This document shows positions 26,462 through 41,400 of a stretch of DNA of 64,000 bases, in pieces; the stretch's first letter is position 1; the number at the start of each line of letters is the position of its first letter. The position numbers and the translations under genes were made by a program. The notes under the pieces were generated by a model. It was not told the DNA's origin and searched no databases. It worked only from the letters and a program-made list of their open reading frames with translations. The stretch lies in the NCBI GenBank assembly GCA_030141605.1, contig JAQGDQ010000026.1:1-64000 (forward strand), read 5' to 3'. Origin of the DNA: Tubiluchus corallicola. Lineage: Eukaryota; Animalia; Priapulida.

Positions 26462-29400
26462 TCACGACTGAGCTAGTTTATGTAGATCATACATGACTTC
26501 CAGAACGCTAGACATACTCCACGCTTGTGTTGGAGAGCTATCAGCACAGAATTTACCATCAGCATTAGTTAGTTCAGGCAAACCACCCCAGGGGGATTGC
26601 TGAATCTCCTCGTAATGCCGAGACAATGTAGACTTGATCATTGCTACAGTTTTCTGTAGGTACTGAGAGTCTGAAACTTTTGCAGCAAAGTACAACTTTG
26701 CCCGCAAGAAATATCCCAGCGGCCACAACCATTCCTGCAAATTGCATAGGAAAAACTTTGTTAAAACAAATTTACTCTTCCTAAATTAAAACTCAAATTG
26801 CAAGAATTATTAACATTATATTTCAAAGTAAATTTTTAATAATAACAGTTTTGAGAACAGTTAATTTTGCTAATGTTTACTTGTAGCAAGTGTTCATTTT
26901 AAATACAATATTACAACTGATAAAACAATGAACAGAAGGCTTAAACAATTCTCTTTCTGGGAATCAAACACAGTATCACATTTCTTTGTATCACATCAAC
27001 AGCATTTTACTATTTTTAGTGCAGTGCGCATGATTTGACAAAATATGTGTAGCTGTCTCTCATGATATTAACAAACTTTGGCCAGCAACTCGGCAATACA
27101 TGGTTCATTCTAGTTAGGGAACATTCATGGCACACCTCAACCTGCCAAATGCCGAGAGCAAGTTTAATTATCACTGCTTTCATGGTCAAACTTTACAAGA
27201 AAAGATACTGAGCTTGAAATAGCAAATACACTCTCTAAGGATAACACACACAAAAAACAATGAAAATCAGACTTACTGGACCCTGATGATAGTTATAACC
27301 ATTTGCAATGTACAAGTCTGCAGATCGATTGCTATTGTCATAATTTCCTCTGTAAGCCCAATCGCTACAAAAATGGTGAAAGAAAAAGGTTACAAAAATC
27401 ACTGAACACCAGAAGCAGACATTTCTTGACACAGCAAAAATAATTAAATTGTTTACTTTGAAAACAAGAAATGATGGTTTAAATATATCCACCAAAAATC
27501 AGTCACCTAGGATCCAAAGTTTTCATGCCAAGTGGACCTAATAAATGATGTTCTGCAATCTCAAGAGCTGTCCAGGCATTGTCCGGTGTAAACAGCTCGG
27601 GTGCTACAACCATCGCCACAGGAAAATTACATCGCAACTGATAGTTAGTCCAGAACTGTGTGGCATTGTGAGTATCCTAAAACAGCATTTGCACAACATT
27701 AGGCAAGAATTTCAATTAATGCAATCATTCAATACCTGATCAAGTAATCATCAGAATCAATATTTATATACAGTATACTCTTATATAAATGTCAATTAAA
27801 CAACAATCCATTCTTGTACGGAGTCAGTGGCGTAGCGTGGTATCTGCAGCATGTGCGGACTGCACAGGGCAGCCAGTCACAGAGGTAGGCCAATCAGTGT
27901 ATAGTACATGGTATATGAATGACTGCCATTCCATACACGAATGGAATGAAATTTTAGGCATTTGCAATAATACAGGAACAAAACGAGGAAATGAAATCAA
28001 GGACCATCACACAAACCATATTTGATAACCAAAGTAGAGGTATTACTCATATTTAACCAGAGTATTTTCAACATCCCTTACCTTGTATATTCCCCGCTTA
28101 TTTATTAATTCAGGTGCCGGCTCAAATGCTGGTTTTGGCCTTCTATTGATCCAAAAATGCTTTTCAAAATTCTTCTGTATTTTATCATCCCATTCTTTGT
28201 ACGACATCATTACTGTTTCACCTGCGTGACATAAAAGTAAGCATTGTTTTAGCAATCGGGCTTCAAAAGCATCTACAGTGAGTGTAGTTTAATAGACTCA
28301 CGATTAATAGACTCAATCGCTTAATTGACTCAAAAACGCCTGGTACGAGGACCGCCTCTATTCAAATGTACATAAAAACTGCAGTTAATTGAGTCAAATA
28401 ACTTCGCATAATTGACTCAATATTTGTGCTTCACATGCTTCAATAAGACACTTTTGCATGACAAATAAGCTTTTATGACTTTTATATCATCTTAGTTCGC
28501 TTTTGTCCTATAATATACATAGAAACAAACATGTTGTTTTGTTTGTAAGTAAGAACGTTTATCATGTGCTAATATGCTAGCCTATGGTTTGCTTTGACCT
28601 GCCCATCCACTGCAATTAACCACTTTAACTAAGAATTCCTGGAAGCTAAACATTTAATCACTTGCTTAGCCATTTGCTTTTGAAGGTCTGGTTGTCTTTG
28701 CCAGAAAGTTTAATCGGTTAGTTGCTGTTGTTATGCTAGGAATGCAGCTACAGGTACAGCACGGTATGTCACGATAGCAAGCAGGATCTTAGATGAAACT
28801 ACAGACAAAGCTGCAGGGAAGCACGGGCACCACCAACAGTTTAAGCACGCCAAGCACTACATATTTTACGAGAATTTGTGCATCACACAACAACAGATTT
28901 TCAACGCTTTTATCATTATGAGAACTTTGTGAGCCAACATCTTCGCGATAAAATGAAGCAGCTAATTTTGAAAGAATTTTTGTACTTTTTGCAAATAATT
29001 AGACTTGTGTGATTTAGAGAAGTATGCTTTTTAATTTATTGCTAGCTCACTTATATAAATTATTTTAAAATATTTTTTTTCTAATCTTTAACTGCACAAA
29101 GGAATTTTGGCATTACTTTGTTTCTAAAATTTATTAAAAAGCTTTGCAGTGCTTAGTAAGCTGGTGACTCATACTATACCAGTAATACAACACCCATCAG
29201 TTAATAGGTTCAGTCGGTTAATTGGGTCAAAGCACTTCTGTTCCAAAGTAAGTCTATTAAGCAGCGCCTACTGTATTTTCTTTTCTTTTATTTTTTTTTG
29301 GTGTTGGTATTTAAAGTTTAATGTCATATATAATATACAAAACTAAAACAAAATTATTACTATTTACAAGCACAATAAAAATGAAGAACAGCATAAGCAA

Positions 29401-32400
29401 AAAATTTGAGTCTGTAGCTTAGACATTTTCATGACTTTTTTAAGCACAAACTCTTAAATCACCACTTTATACAGACACGAAATTGCTGACACAAATTTAT
29501 GTTAATCAAATACTATCTTTCCAATGTTTATTATATGAGATTTAATCACCTATATTAAATGTCTCATAGCTGTTCTTGCCAACAAAATTGAAATATCTTC
29601 AAAGAAGTTTACAGAACTGACTGAAATCCTGAACTTATACAAAGTAAGCTTTTTAAAAAGCGACTTCAACACCCTTAAGTCAGTCTTACATCATTATTTA
29701 TTTGAACACAGATATTGTTAAAAATTTCTTAAATTTCAGAAAATTTTTTCTTAAACATAAGAAAGAGCCAACGTCTAGGAAGCAACAGGTTGAAAGCTTA
29801 TTTTAATTTCTGACATGACGATTCAATCACTTTGGTATCTCATCTTACAAGAATCCTAACGTAATTAGATAGGTTCCGGTCATGCCACAACCGTTAACAT
29901 TAGTAGTAGGTTGTGTTACTGAGTGCCAGCTTTGAGTGTCAAAGCTTGCAATTTGACCAAGGACATGTTGACAAAAACTCACCTTTGACAATTTTCTGTA
30001 CAGAACTATAAGAATACAGTCCTTTATCATGCATCTCAATTAACCAACGCAGCGCAGATTTACACAAACCAACCAATTCAACAGCTGAGCCGTCCCTGAA
30101 AAGATAAGTAACATTACGTCATTTTCCTAGCCTCACCAAATGTTATTTCTTTAAAGCTTCATGCCACTTTATTGATAGACAAGTTAACAAATATTAAACA
30201 CAATTTCAAGTTTTCCAATTAAATACATTAAAATGAACATCTCATGAGACATGTGTGGATCGCTGACCATTGTTTCATAGGTAACATTATTAGTTAAATG
30301 TGCACAATACCATAATTTATTTAATAAAGCCCATTCTAGTTTATATTTTTTATAGAAAATGGAATTTAGCCAAACCCAAACGAGGTAGGTAATTTGGTTA
30401 TAAAATTATAGTACAGTGTACCTTCAACCACTAATGTTTATCCACCCAACCATAATCAAAGATGTGCACAATTTCCATGTATGCTAAACCTTTAAATTAA
30501 ATACAGCATAAGTAAGAACCATAAATCTAAAGTTCACTTTGTCTGAAAGAAAACCATTTTAATCATAATTGTACCGTGGTGTTGCAGGTTTTCCTTTGTT
30601 GCCAGCCAAATCAGAACTTCCCATCTTATCCATCCAAGTCCCACAGTTGTATTCATTTCCACCAAAAACGAAACCCGTATCGGGATCGACTCCAATGCTG
30701 TTATTAAATCCTATAAAAGTAACGAGAAATGTCAGTTTCATGCATTGACCTAATAAGTTAATATTTAACTGCTGCCATATTCCACTCATTAACTGCCTCA
30801 TTATTATAATCAGGAACAGCAGCGAAAAACTGCAAAATTTTTTTCTACTAAAAAAGCAGATACACTATAAAACTAGCTATAGAACAAAAGCAACACAAAC
30901 CATCACTTCTCATATCACTGTCTATCTGACTGCCAGCATTCCGTTAATATAATATTAAATAAGTTAATATTTAACTGCTGCCATATTCCACTCATTAACT
31001 GCCTCATTATTATAATCAGGAACAGCAGCGAAAAACTGCAAAAATTTTTTCTACTAAAAAAGCAGATACACTATAAAACTAGCTATAGAACAAAAACAAC
31101 ACAAACCATCACTTCTCATATCACTGTCTATCTGACTGCCAGGATTCCGTTCCCTAAACGTTATGCCCTCAAAATGTCTCTGAATAGCTTCAAAAATCAC
31201 ATCTTCCAGTGGCTGATCCTAAACGACATTTCCAAGATGTTAAAATTAAGCTCCTAGAGGGAGAGGGAGAGGGAGAGGGAGAGGGAGAGGGAGAGGGAGA
31301 GGGAGAGGGGAGAGGGGGAGAGGGAGAGGGAGAGGGAGAGGGAGAGGGAGAGGGAGAGGGGAGAGGAGAGAGGAGAGAGAGAGAGAGAGAGAGAAGAGAG
31401 AGAGAGATAGATTCTTATAAGTCTTTAATTCAAAAATATGTTGTACATACAAACATAGAGATATACACACATACAAAAGCAGAAAAACATATATTTTCCT
31501 TCCACTGGAGAGGAAATGGCTTCGCAAACATGTAAAAGCAGAACTAATATGATATTAGATGTAGTGAAAATGAGAAACATTCTACATTTGCTCTTAGCTA
31601 TTTACGTCTCTTTCACCCAGACAAAAATAGGTCTTTGTTTACATTTGGCTTGATTAGCAAACGTGCAGCACCTATTGTTAATAACATGAGTGCCACCTTT
31701 TCTATTTGATGAGCTAATGGGGTATTTTACAACACACCAAATATAAAATGTATGCATTGTGTAGCGAATAGACAAGTAGCATATTCACCAGACAGGGCAA
31801 TTATTAGTGTTCTCAAATAAAACACAGTATTGCAATGGTGCTTATAATGTGTTTCAAGTTATTAATAATGTGAGTCTACTGAAATACTTAGCAGTTGATA
31901 GTTGGTTAAATGCTAGTTAAAGTAATAAAAGTAAAATTTTGTTCATATTTTCGAAAATTCCTGTTGGACAAAGATTAGCTTGAATGTACCACATCATCAT
32001 GGATAGCAAACAAAACTTCTGCTATGCAGATGTAATACAGAATTCATCAAACACGTCTAGTGCTAAACCAGTTGTGTATGTAGAACGCTTCTGTTTGGAA
32101 AATTTTATTGTGGCTTTGCTTGAAATATGCACTGAAATTTTGGGAGCCTCTGTCAATATGTTTCTTGCAATAGCCTTACTGAAATACACACCAGTAAAAC
32201 ACATCAGTAATTATATGCTCATGGCTCTACTTATTACTGATACGCTATTGGCCCTAGATGGGCTTTTAACATCTGTTTGTAATATTTTAAATGTGGATAC
32301 TGTGTATTGCATCAGTTTCATGTTTTATCACATTATTGTAGCACAAAGCTTTATAAACGTAACTGTCTTAGCAGCAGAGAGATATATGAGCGTGGTCTAT

Positions 32401-35400
32401 CCAATATGGCACAAGACAAAGTTAACATCACGAATTCTATTATACGTTTTCCTTGCAACTTCGGCTTACTCCAGTTTATTTGCTGTGCCATTTATAATGG
32501 AATTAGTAAACTGCAAACAGTGCTTATATCCATTTCGTAAACTCCATGCAGCTCTTATTTATTGGGTATCTATTGCAGTGGAAGTCATACTAGTTACTCT
32601 GGCATATTTGAGAATTTGTGTAACAGTCAGAAAACAATCTAAAAGATTCGGCCAGATCAAACAATCGAACATGGCAGTAATAAAAAGACAGCAAGAAGCA
32701 AAGACAACAAGAGCTGTTAGCAGAGTTCTAATTCTGTTTTTCTTGACTTGGTTTTTAGTATTAATTATAAACTATATACTACAAGATGAAAAGTACGTAT
32801 CTTCATGTATTAGAAGAATAGTAGGTGGAAGTTTGATAATACTTAATAGTATTTTAAACCCACTAATGTATGGAATGGGAACAGAAAACAACAAAACAGC
32901 CATTTTGAAACTTTTGTCTGCTTGCATGTTCTGGAAAAATTGAAGTCAACTTTTTTTGTATTTTACATGACATTCATATTCAGTGAACTGCACTAACTGC
33001 ACTAGTGTAAAATGTTCATCATTTTGAAGTTCTTATACTAATGACAGTACTATTATATATTAACTATAAGGTGTCCTAGAGTATCTTAGTGCCATATGAA
33101 AGTATACTCACAATTGATCAAGCTGTTAAGTTAATTCTGTTTTGCTGTATACATATATATATGCTGTATGCATATATATCACGTTTTTGTGGTATATAAC
33201 AAGTCTTGAAATCTTGAAGTCTTGAATAATATGCTTCTAAAAAGTCTTTGACGACATACTAGAAGTTTTGGGGTGCACATGGTTAGTATACACGCTGCAA
33301 CTCGTTAGCCGGTGATGGTATTAGAGGTTATGAGAAGAGGTGAAACAAGCAAATCAAACATGGTGGGTCCGGGCTAAAACCACAGTTAGATATACAAACA
33401 GGTTAGGTGGGATGGCAGGCACCCTCATGGTAGAAAAAGCAGAGGGTGCTAATACTCGGAAGTGATCTCTAGAAGTGATTTCTCTGACATCCGGTGGAAG
33501 TTTGTTCCACAAATGTATTGCTCTGGGGTAGGAGTATAAATAAATATTGACTATTGCTAATGGCTGAACAAATTTGTTGTTATCTTTGAGAGATGGGGTG
33601 ATGTAAGTTGGTAAATTTATACCTATCCTGTGATGCACTATATAATGAAAGATGTTTAGTAGCGTTTGTCAACATCTAATTTCTAGTGTTTCCCACCCGA
33701 GTTCGGAGATCATCCTAGATACTTCAGCATTTCTGGTATATTCATTTCATACAAATCGTGCTGCATTTCGCTGGACTTGCTCGATGCTCTTGATGTCAGT
33801 GCTTTGTATGGGTTCCAGGCTGCAATACCATATTCTAGTTTGGGTCTGACCAGGGCTTGATATGCTCTTTCTTTAACTTGTTGATGACATGGATGTAGTC
33901 CTGCGAATGACATTAAGTGTCCTGGTTGCACGAGTGGCAATTTCCTGGCAGTACTCACCCCAACAAAGATTTGTGCTGATGGTAATGCCTAGGTATGGGT
34001 GTGAAGGAACATGCTCTAGGATTTTGCAAGCAAACAAGCAAACACCTCTAACAAGGTGCAGCAAACTCGATTAGAAAAACACACATGAAGACATAGATCC
34101 AACTTATCAAGTCTTGCTCTTATTTGTTAGAATGAAGCTTGACGATGACATAGGAGTATGCTAATTGTACATAGTATATTAACAAAAATATGACATGTAA
34201 AACAAACAATTTAATAGAATTGCCTTGTGTTTCTTAGTAAAAAAAGACACGTTGCAGACTGAAAGACGCAATTTGTTGATGTGTGAACCACAGAAATATC
34301 TTCAGTCCTAAAACACGTTAGGGCTCACAGTCTAACTAAAACTGGACAGGATAAAGTTTTCAATATAGTGCGATTAACTGCTAAGTATGCAAGCAGACCG
34401 CTTTAACCTGTAACAGTATTTCAATCTACTATTAAGCAACATTATTATAAAAAAAAACTGAGCAAAATACAATCAATTATGTCTTAGAAATTCACTACAA
34501 TCAACTATGCCTTAGATATGTTGCGTACGAGCTTTTGTAAAATAAATAAACAAATAAAACATAAAACATAGTCATTCCAGCTGCCAAAGAAATAATACAA
34601 TGATAAAAACTTACAAAAAACCCTGGAGCTTCACCCTGTGAATCATCAGATGGGTAAAGTCTGGAAACTTTGTCTTTTAATATCTTATGTCCATCTGGAA
34701 CTATTGCGCAATAATCCTGAAAAAGAAACAGTGAAAACCTGAGCAGGAAGTGGAAACTTCAGGATCAAATGTTACGAGTTTACATAGTTATAATTTGAAT
34801 ATCGGTCATCTACATTGTCATCATTTTCATCGTCATCATCATCATCATTATTACCATTTTCTTCATCATTATCATCATCATCATCGTTATCAAAACCGAA
34901 ACGTTACTCAAAAGAGTGAATGATTTTAAAAACTTGGTAGTTACAAAAACTTTTCTAGTACATTATCAGATTCTAACATTTCAATAAGAGGAAGACTAAG
35001 TGGTGAGTCTTGACCTGAGCCCATAGAAATATGGGTGCACCATGTCTAAAATGAAGGTATGTGAAATACCTCCAACTCAGGTAATATACCTGAATAGTGA
35101 TATCCCGAAGTAATAAACTGGGAAGTTCACTTTTACACCAATTTATATACACATATTTCTATAATTTAACAAAATGTTTGTAATAATTAAAGCTGTAGTA
35201 TTTACCTTTTAGTAATGAAACTTGTTGGATAACATTTTTAACTTTTTATTGATTCACATAGACTCATTAAGAGAACTCACCTGTATACACTGTAACCACC
35301 ACCAGACAGCATCTCTACAATTATACCTAGCACGTGTACCCCCACTCAGGAGGTTCGGAATTAAGCCATGACGCAAGCAGCCGGCATAAGCAAGGATAAT

Positions 35401-38400
35401 AAACCTTTAAAAAATCATCAAGAACTTAAGCAAAAATTAATAAGTTAAAAATATCCCTCAAAGAAATGAACTCGAAAGGAACGAAATTACTCAAGTTCGT
35501 GGATAAACATACTCTTAGCTCAACACTTTACAAGCATTACAAACTATTACAGTCCGAGCATCGTGTGTTGTGCATTTGTGCTACGTCAAATGCTACCAGG
35601 AAACAGTATACTAATATTGAGTTTAATTCCTACTTTTTATTCTAAAAATGCAATCGATAGTATAAATGCAATAGCCAATATAAAAAATATATAACAATAC
35701 TGATGCTTGAATAAGTTTTATCTGAATAAATTTTCAGTCAAATTTTACTAAACAATTCACATCATTCGATCTTACAGTCGTTTGCAACTAAGTTTTATAA
35801 AGTTACTCCTTCATTTTAATGGAATTTTATATTTGACATTATTTTTAACTGTCTAACATGATTTGCTGTAATCACCTTGTTCATTGTAAGCCTGTGTTTT
35901 TATATGTGTGATCTTTACCGATATTGTTTTTAAACTTTACCAACTCATTACAACACTGTATGTGATGTATTATTAATATACTTAATCACTGTTTAGTTAA
36001 TAAATTCAATTCAGTTAAAAACTGTGCGCACAACTTTTCAGCAATTAAAAATTGCACGGCATAAACATGCTGTATAAATAAGGAAAAATTATGCTATAAA
36101 TGATGGTATTAGTAACAGCTGCTTTTTTACCAATACACTATATGGTGTTAATAACAGAACACAGTTTCACATTTTGCAAATTGAAATTAACATTTGTTAT
36201 TGTTACCTTGCTTCCTGGAACCTGCCCGTAATAAGAAGCAAACCACGCATTGCGATAAATGTATCGCGACCCCAACTTCTCCAGCAACCAATTGAAAAAT
36301 GTGGAAGCCCTACAGGATGCAGTACAATGTTGTTTAAAAACAATTTATTACTACCAAGAGAAAAAATGTGGGAAAATATAATCAAAAATACACAATTCGC
36401 TACCTAGTAAACCAATTTCCAGGAACTATTAAGTATTAAAAACATACCCGCAGCTAAAGTAATACAGGCTTGCTCCCTTTTACCAGTTTCTTCATTTAAT
36501 ACTGTAGGTGGTAACGGTGGATCTAAATTAGGTGAGAGAATAGGTAAACAAGCACTCTTTGTTTGTCCACACATCTGCACAGACCCAAGACCAAGTGCTT
36601 TAACAAATGGTGATCCTGTTTTCACAAATCTAGAAAGCATACTTACTGTCAAGCAAATTTACAATAGTAAATAAGTAAGTAAGTTTATTTCACGTCGATT
36701 TTCATTGCACACAAAGAACATTAGTCCACAACGAACTATTCAGTGTACCAAAAATTATAAGAACCACAAATTAAAACAATAAATGAAGGCTGAAGACTTA
36801 CAGCAATTTTAGAACTATGCTATGTGCCTTGTTTTAATTTGTGCTTGTCTTATCTTAACATAGACAACGTTAAAATATCTCACTCTAGTGACATATGGTA
36901 GTACTACAGCAGTACTCACTATTCTAGGAGCATTCCTATCTAAGGTGCCAATAGCTGAATCCATAGTGTAAACATAAAATATAGCATTATCTATGCTGCT
37001 GAATGCTGTACTTTTAGGGTAACACAAAGAACGATACATTATTAAGTTAACTACTAAGACGGTATGTAGCGAGCTTAATGTGTACATAGTGACATATCAC
37101 TAGCAGGCGATAGGTAGCTCTGATTGATTGTGTGCTACCAGAGTGAGAATTCAGACCAGCTCTGCTAGGTTGAGTCAGTAGCTCAAATTGTGGCCATGTA
37201 GGCTGGAGGTTCTGGGTTCGAATCTACTTAGTTTAAATTATTTCAGTTGTCCCAATTTGCACATGCCCCATTAGGATAAATGTTGTAAGCACGATGTCTT
37301 CTTCTTTTTTAAAGTAAGTTTTGTAACATACGGGAGCAAGACTGCTTAATTCCTGACTGCTTATAACATCAACAAAGGTACCAGTTATACGCGCTCACAT
37401 TTAAGAAAAGCTCAAAAGGCTGCTTTAGCTAATGTAGCTAAGACATTACAAAATTTGTTTGGTCCTAGAGGGCAATTACATTCTGTTTTCCATTTGCTGT
37501 TCCTAATAATATATTACATTTTGTCAGAGAAACATACTGCCATACTCCCACTAGTAAGCAATACTAAACATTTTTCTCAGTGTTCTGTGCTATAATTAAT
37601 ATTGAACAACCACTTCAAGTACTTACTCAGACATCTTGTTCCAAGTAATTTCTAGCAAGATCGTGTATGCACCGAAAATTATTGCGTCAAAGTAGCACGG
37701 GATGAGATACCGAGGAATTGTCTTCAGTATGTCAAACACAGCTCCAAACCATTTACCTAGCTGTAACAAGGAGATTTAGCGGTTAAAAAGGGGTAAATTA
37801 AACACAGTACTGAAATGCCTACCCATTTAAAGGATGCACTTATTGCATTTATCAACTTAATAGTGACTGCACAGTACAAAACTACACATAGAAACCGCTA
37901 TCTTTATTGCAGATTGCTTACTATTCCTATAGTCAGCTGTAAAGCTCAAAAGACCAGGCAACTTAAGTTCACTTCTGTTAAGATGTCACCTTTTTCTGTG
38001 TGAAAGTTACTCGTATTTTGATAAATATTTGTGCTGTGATAGCTGAGACATGTAAACTCACATTAGAATCACACACTATGTTAGCAAGACATTCATGAAG
38101 CATTTGTTACAAAAATAAGGCAAGGAGAAATAACTGAAAAATCATGGTGTATGCGTGTGGCTACAAAGTTACGCAGTAATGGGCCTGGTTAGTAAACGCA
38201 TGGATCACTGCTAGAAAAACTACACCTAGGCTCTTTCTGAAAGATACACATGCACATTTGAGGATGGCCATCATGCCACTAACAGTTTATTGTATTACCT
38301 CACAGGATTATTCTTGATAATAAATAAAGTTCCAGACCTGCCACAACATCAAGTAGCTCTGCTGCAAAATGCTGGATCTGGGCATACAGAGTGCCATACT

Positions 38401-41400
38401 GCACAAAAGCACAATCTCGTGAAAACTTCAAAACTTGCATAAATTCAAACAAAAACAATGATTTTAAACTGTTTCAGCCTAAATCAAGTAGGTTAGTAAC
38501 AAAAACCTTTTAATCACTTACTTCCTTAGTGCCAGAATGCACAAGCAATCTGTTACCAATGTAACTAGGCATCCAGTCACCATTTCGCAAGTTCTCACAC
38601 AACGGATGTCCAAGATCATTTTTCTCTCTAATCTTTGCCAAGATTGGTATAAACCCTTAAGTTACAAAAGTCAAACATTAAAATACAAAAAAATGAAAAT
38701 ACAACATAAAAGGCTATCACGCAGTTAATGAACAATTTTATAAGGAAAACAAAAATTCTTAACTAATTAGCCAGTACATTACATTAATAACTCTATTTAA
38801 ATACTGAAATAAATTAACATATCATCTAATATGCAAATCTTGGTGTAAGAAATAGCAAGCTATTTCATAATGTAACATACCATGTAATCCACAATAAACC
38901 AAATCGCCAAAGTCTGGTATGTTATACACTCCAAAACCCTTGCCATCATCTTTTTCCTCATTATTGCAGCGATACAACACAGTGTTCATATCAGCCAATG
39001 ACATTCTTTGGCAAATGGAACGGAAGTCAGTAGCCTTCGTTTTATTAATGTGACTCCCACTGTAAGATCTCATCCTGTAACCAAACTGCGCCAGGCAAGT
39101 TCGGAGTTTTAAAATGGCTGCCTTAGTTGAAGAGTTTAGTGATACTCTGAAAGTAAAATATGCTGCTACTACAATATACCTTAATCAATAGTGCAGTTAC
39201 AACCTTACAAAGTCAAAGCCACTTACTTTATTTAATTTTTTTTGGTGCAAACCATTAACATGAAAATTGATTGACTACTGCCTCTTTGACTATATAACTG
39301 TACATCTTCATTATGCTTACTCATTCCTTAATTACTACAAGTTGCAACTATGTTACTATAGTATTTTTCACTATTAGAAGGTGACTTTATTAACAACTGT
39401 AAGTTGTACTACTTTATTCCCACAAAGGATGCATGATGCAGTGATAATCTATGCCAATAATTTATAATAAATGAGTTGTGACTGAACTTATGTCATTTGA
39501 CTTTGACACTGCTTATACAGTTGTATGAAAACATGAAACTGTTAACTCACTTATTAATAAACAGATAACATGTTCACATTTATATGCTAAGTAATAAGTA
39601 AATACTAACATTATAATGAGAAATACATGCAGATAAATATAAATAGCGAATTTCTTTGGAAATGTCTACCACTTTCAAAGTTACTGCATCTATAAAATTT
39701 AGAAAAAAAGACTTCCGAGTTTAGAATACATCTTGTTTAGCGCAACAAACACTTTCTCAGAGCTGTTATTATAATATAAACAGTAATTGATCTTCTTTGT
39801 AAAAATAACTTGTCTCAAATAACATGCCTCAAAAATAAGATGCAAGATAAGTTTTCACAGCTGAAAATACTTCACAAGAGCTACCAAGCAGCTACAGAGA
39901 AAATAGTTCTTACTTAAATGCAATAACACTGCCAGGTGTAAAAGTGCAGAAGTCTACGACTTGAAGATCACGTTCAGCCTCACCACTTAATTCTGCCATG
40001 TCGCTTTCAAACAACCGAACATGCTCACGGATCTCACAAGCGTAATCAGATAAACCAGAGATGAAAGTGTTATCCTCTTTAACAGGGCTGGCAGGCTTTG
40101 GAACCAGTCGGGCCTCAAATATGATCTCATCAACTACGCCTAGATAAACAACAAATGACTAATAACATGACATTATCAAAATCATGGGAGTAGTTCAGTG
40201 AAATGTGACCTTTAATAATAATTTAGTTCAGGACATAGTAAATAAATAACACCTTAACACTTATTTCCAAGGTGGTCCCATTTTTATTACCCGCATGTTA
40301 CTTTGATAAACCGTCGTGCTTGGTTAAAGAACCAGCAGTACCATTTTATGTGTTTTTGGTATGACTCGGTCAGGAGTTGAACCAGTGATTCCCCTGCTGA
40401 GCTGCAGCCACATGGTACAAAACTTTTATTTCAACATGAATGCAATAATTATAACAAAAGCTTGAAGCCAAAGTACTGTGGCTAAAACAGCTATTAAACA
40501 ACCAAAGCATGAAAAACAAGCAGTTACAGGTACTCTTACCCGGAATACACAAAGGAGGAATGAAACCAGTCTCTCTGATGTTCAACGGTGGTTCAAATGC
40601 CGTATAAGCAACCAATATAACAGACTGGTGTGTATGTGGACAATGTCTTGTTACTGCCACTATGTTTTTATCCACTTGATCAACATAAACCTAAACAATG
40701 ATAGTTAGCTGCAACGGATTATTACACTTTTGCAATTATCTCCTATTTGATTGCACTTTATTTTCCCACAAGATTGTGCATTGCCAACAATAATTAACGG
40801 TATAAAACAAATAAAACAAAGGTGTGAATTATAAAAGTGCAGCTACTTAACAAAACTGAGTAACCCAAAAGTGACTAAGGCACCTCTGAATGTTCAATGT
40901 CTCATTTTGGTGGAATAGAATTGGTAATATGCAAGATTCCAGTCTTGCCACGTAGGATTCTACCTCTGCTGAGTATCGAACTGTACAAAAAACCATGAAT
41001 GCTCAAATAAATAATCATGTCATTAATGTAATGGCAATAAATAATTTAAATTTCCTTTTCATCTATAAGTTATCTTATGCACTCTACGGCAGGCTTACCA
41101 TCTTTCCTATGGCCTCAATACATAATCAATTGGGGCTGTGAAAACTAAAGATAAAAGGATAACAAATTTTTGATGTTTGTTTTTCTGACTGCTGAATTAA
41201 CAATTTGACTCTGAAAATGTTACAATAAGTTGTCATAAGCATTTGCAATTTAAGGCAAATTACTGAATACCTTCAGAAACAGTAAAGTGTGGCTTAAACA
41301 ACAAAACATTCATTTTACCTGTGAATACCCCGACTCTCCCAACTGCTGGTGTAAAGCATTTAGAGCTTTCTTGGCAGCAATGATACCAGATTTAAGTGTG

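Noticed and set aside
27826-27850. cagtggcgtagc hAT-like terminus
   Set aside because: Only one end found; no partner TIR or TSD
31209-31535. ORFs with GE and LP dipeptide repeats
   Set aside because: Translation of the (GAGAGG)n microsatellite in an intron
37158-37230. tRNA gene
   Set aside because: B-box only; no acceptor stem or cloverleaf, so treated as a SINE remnant
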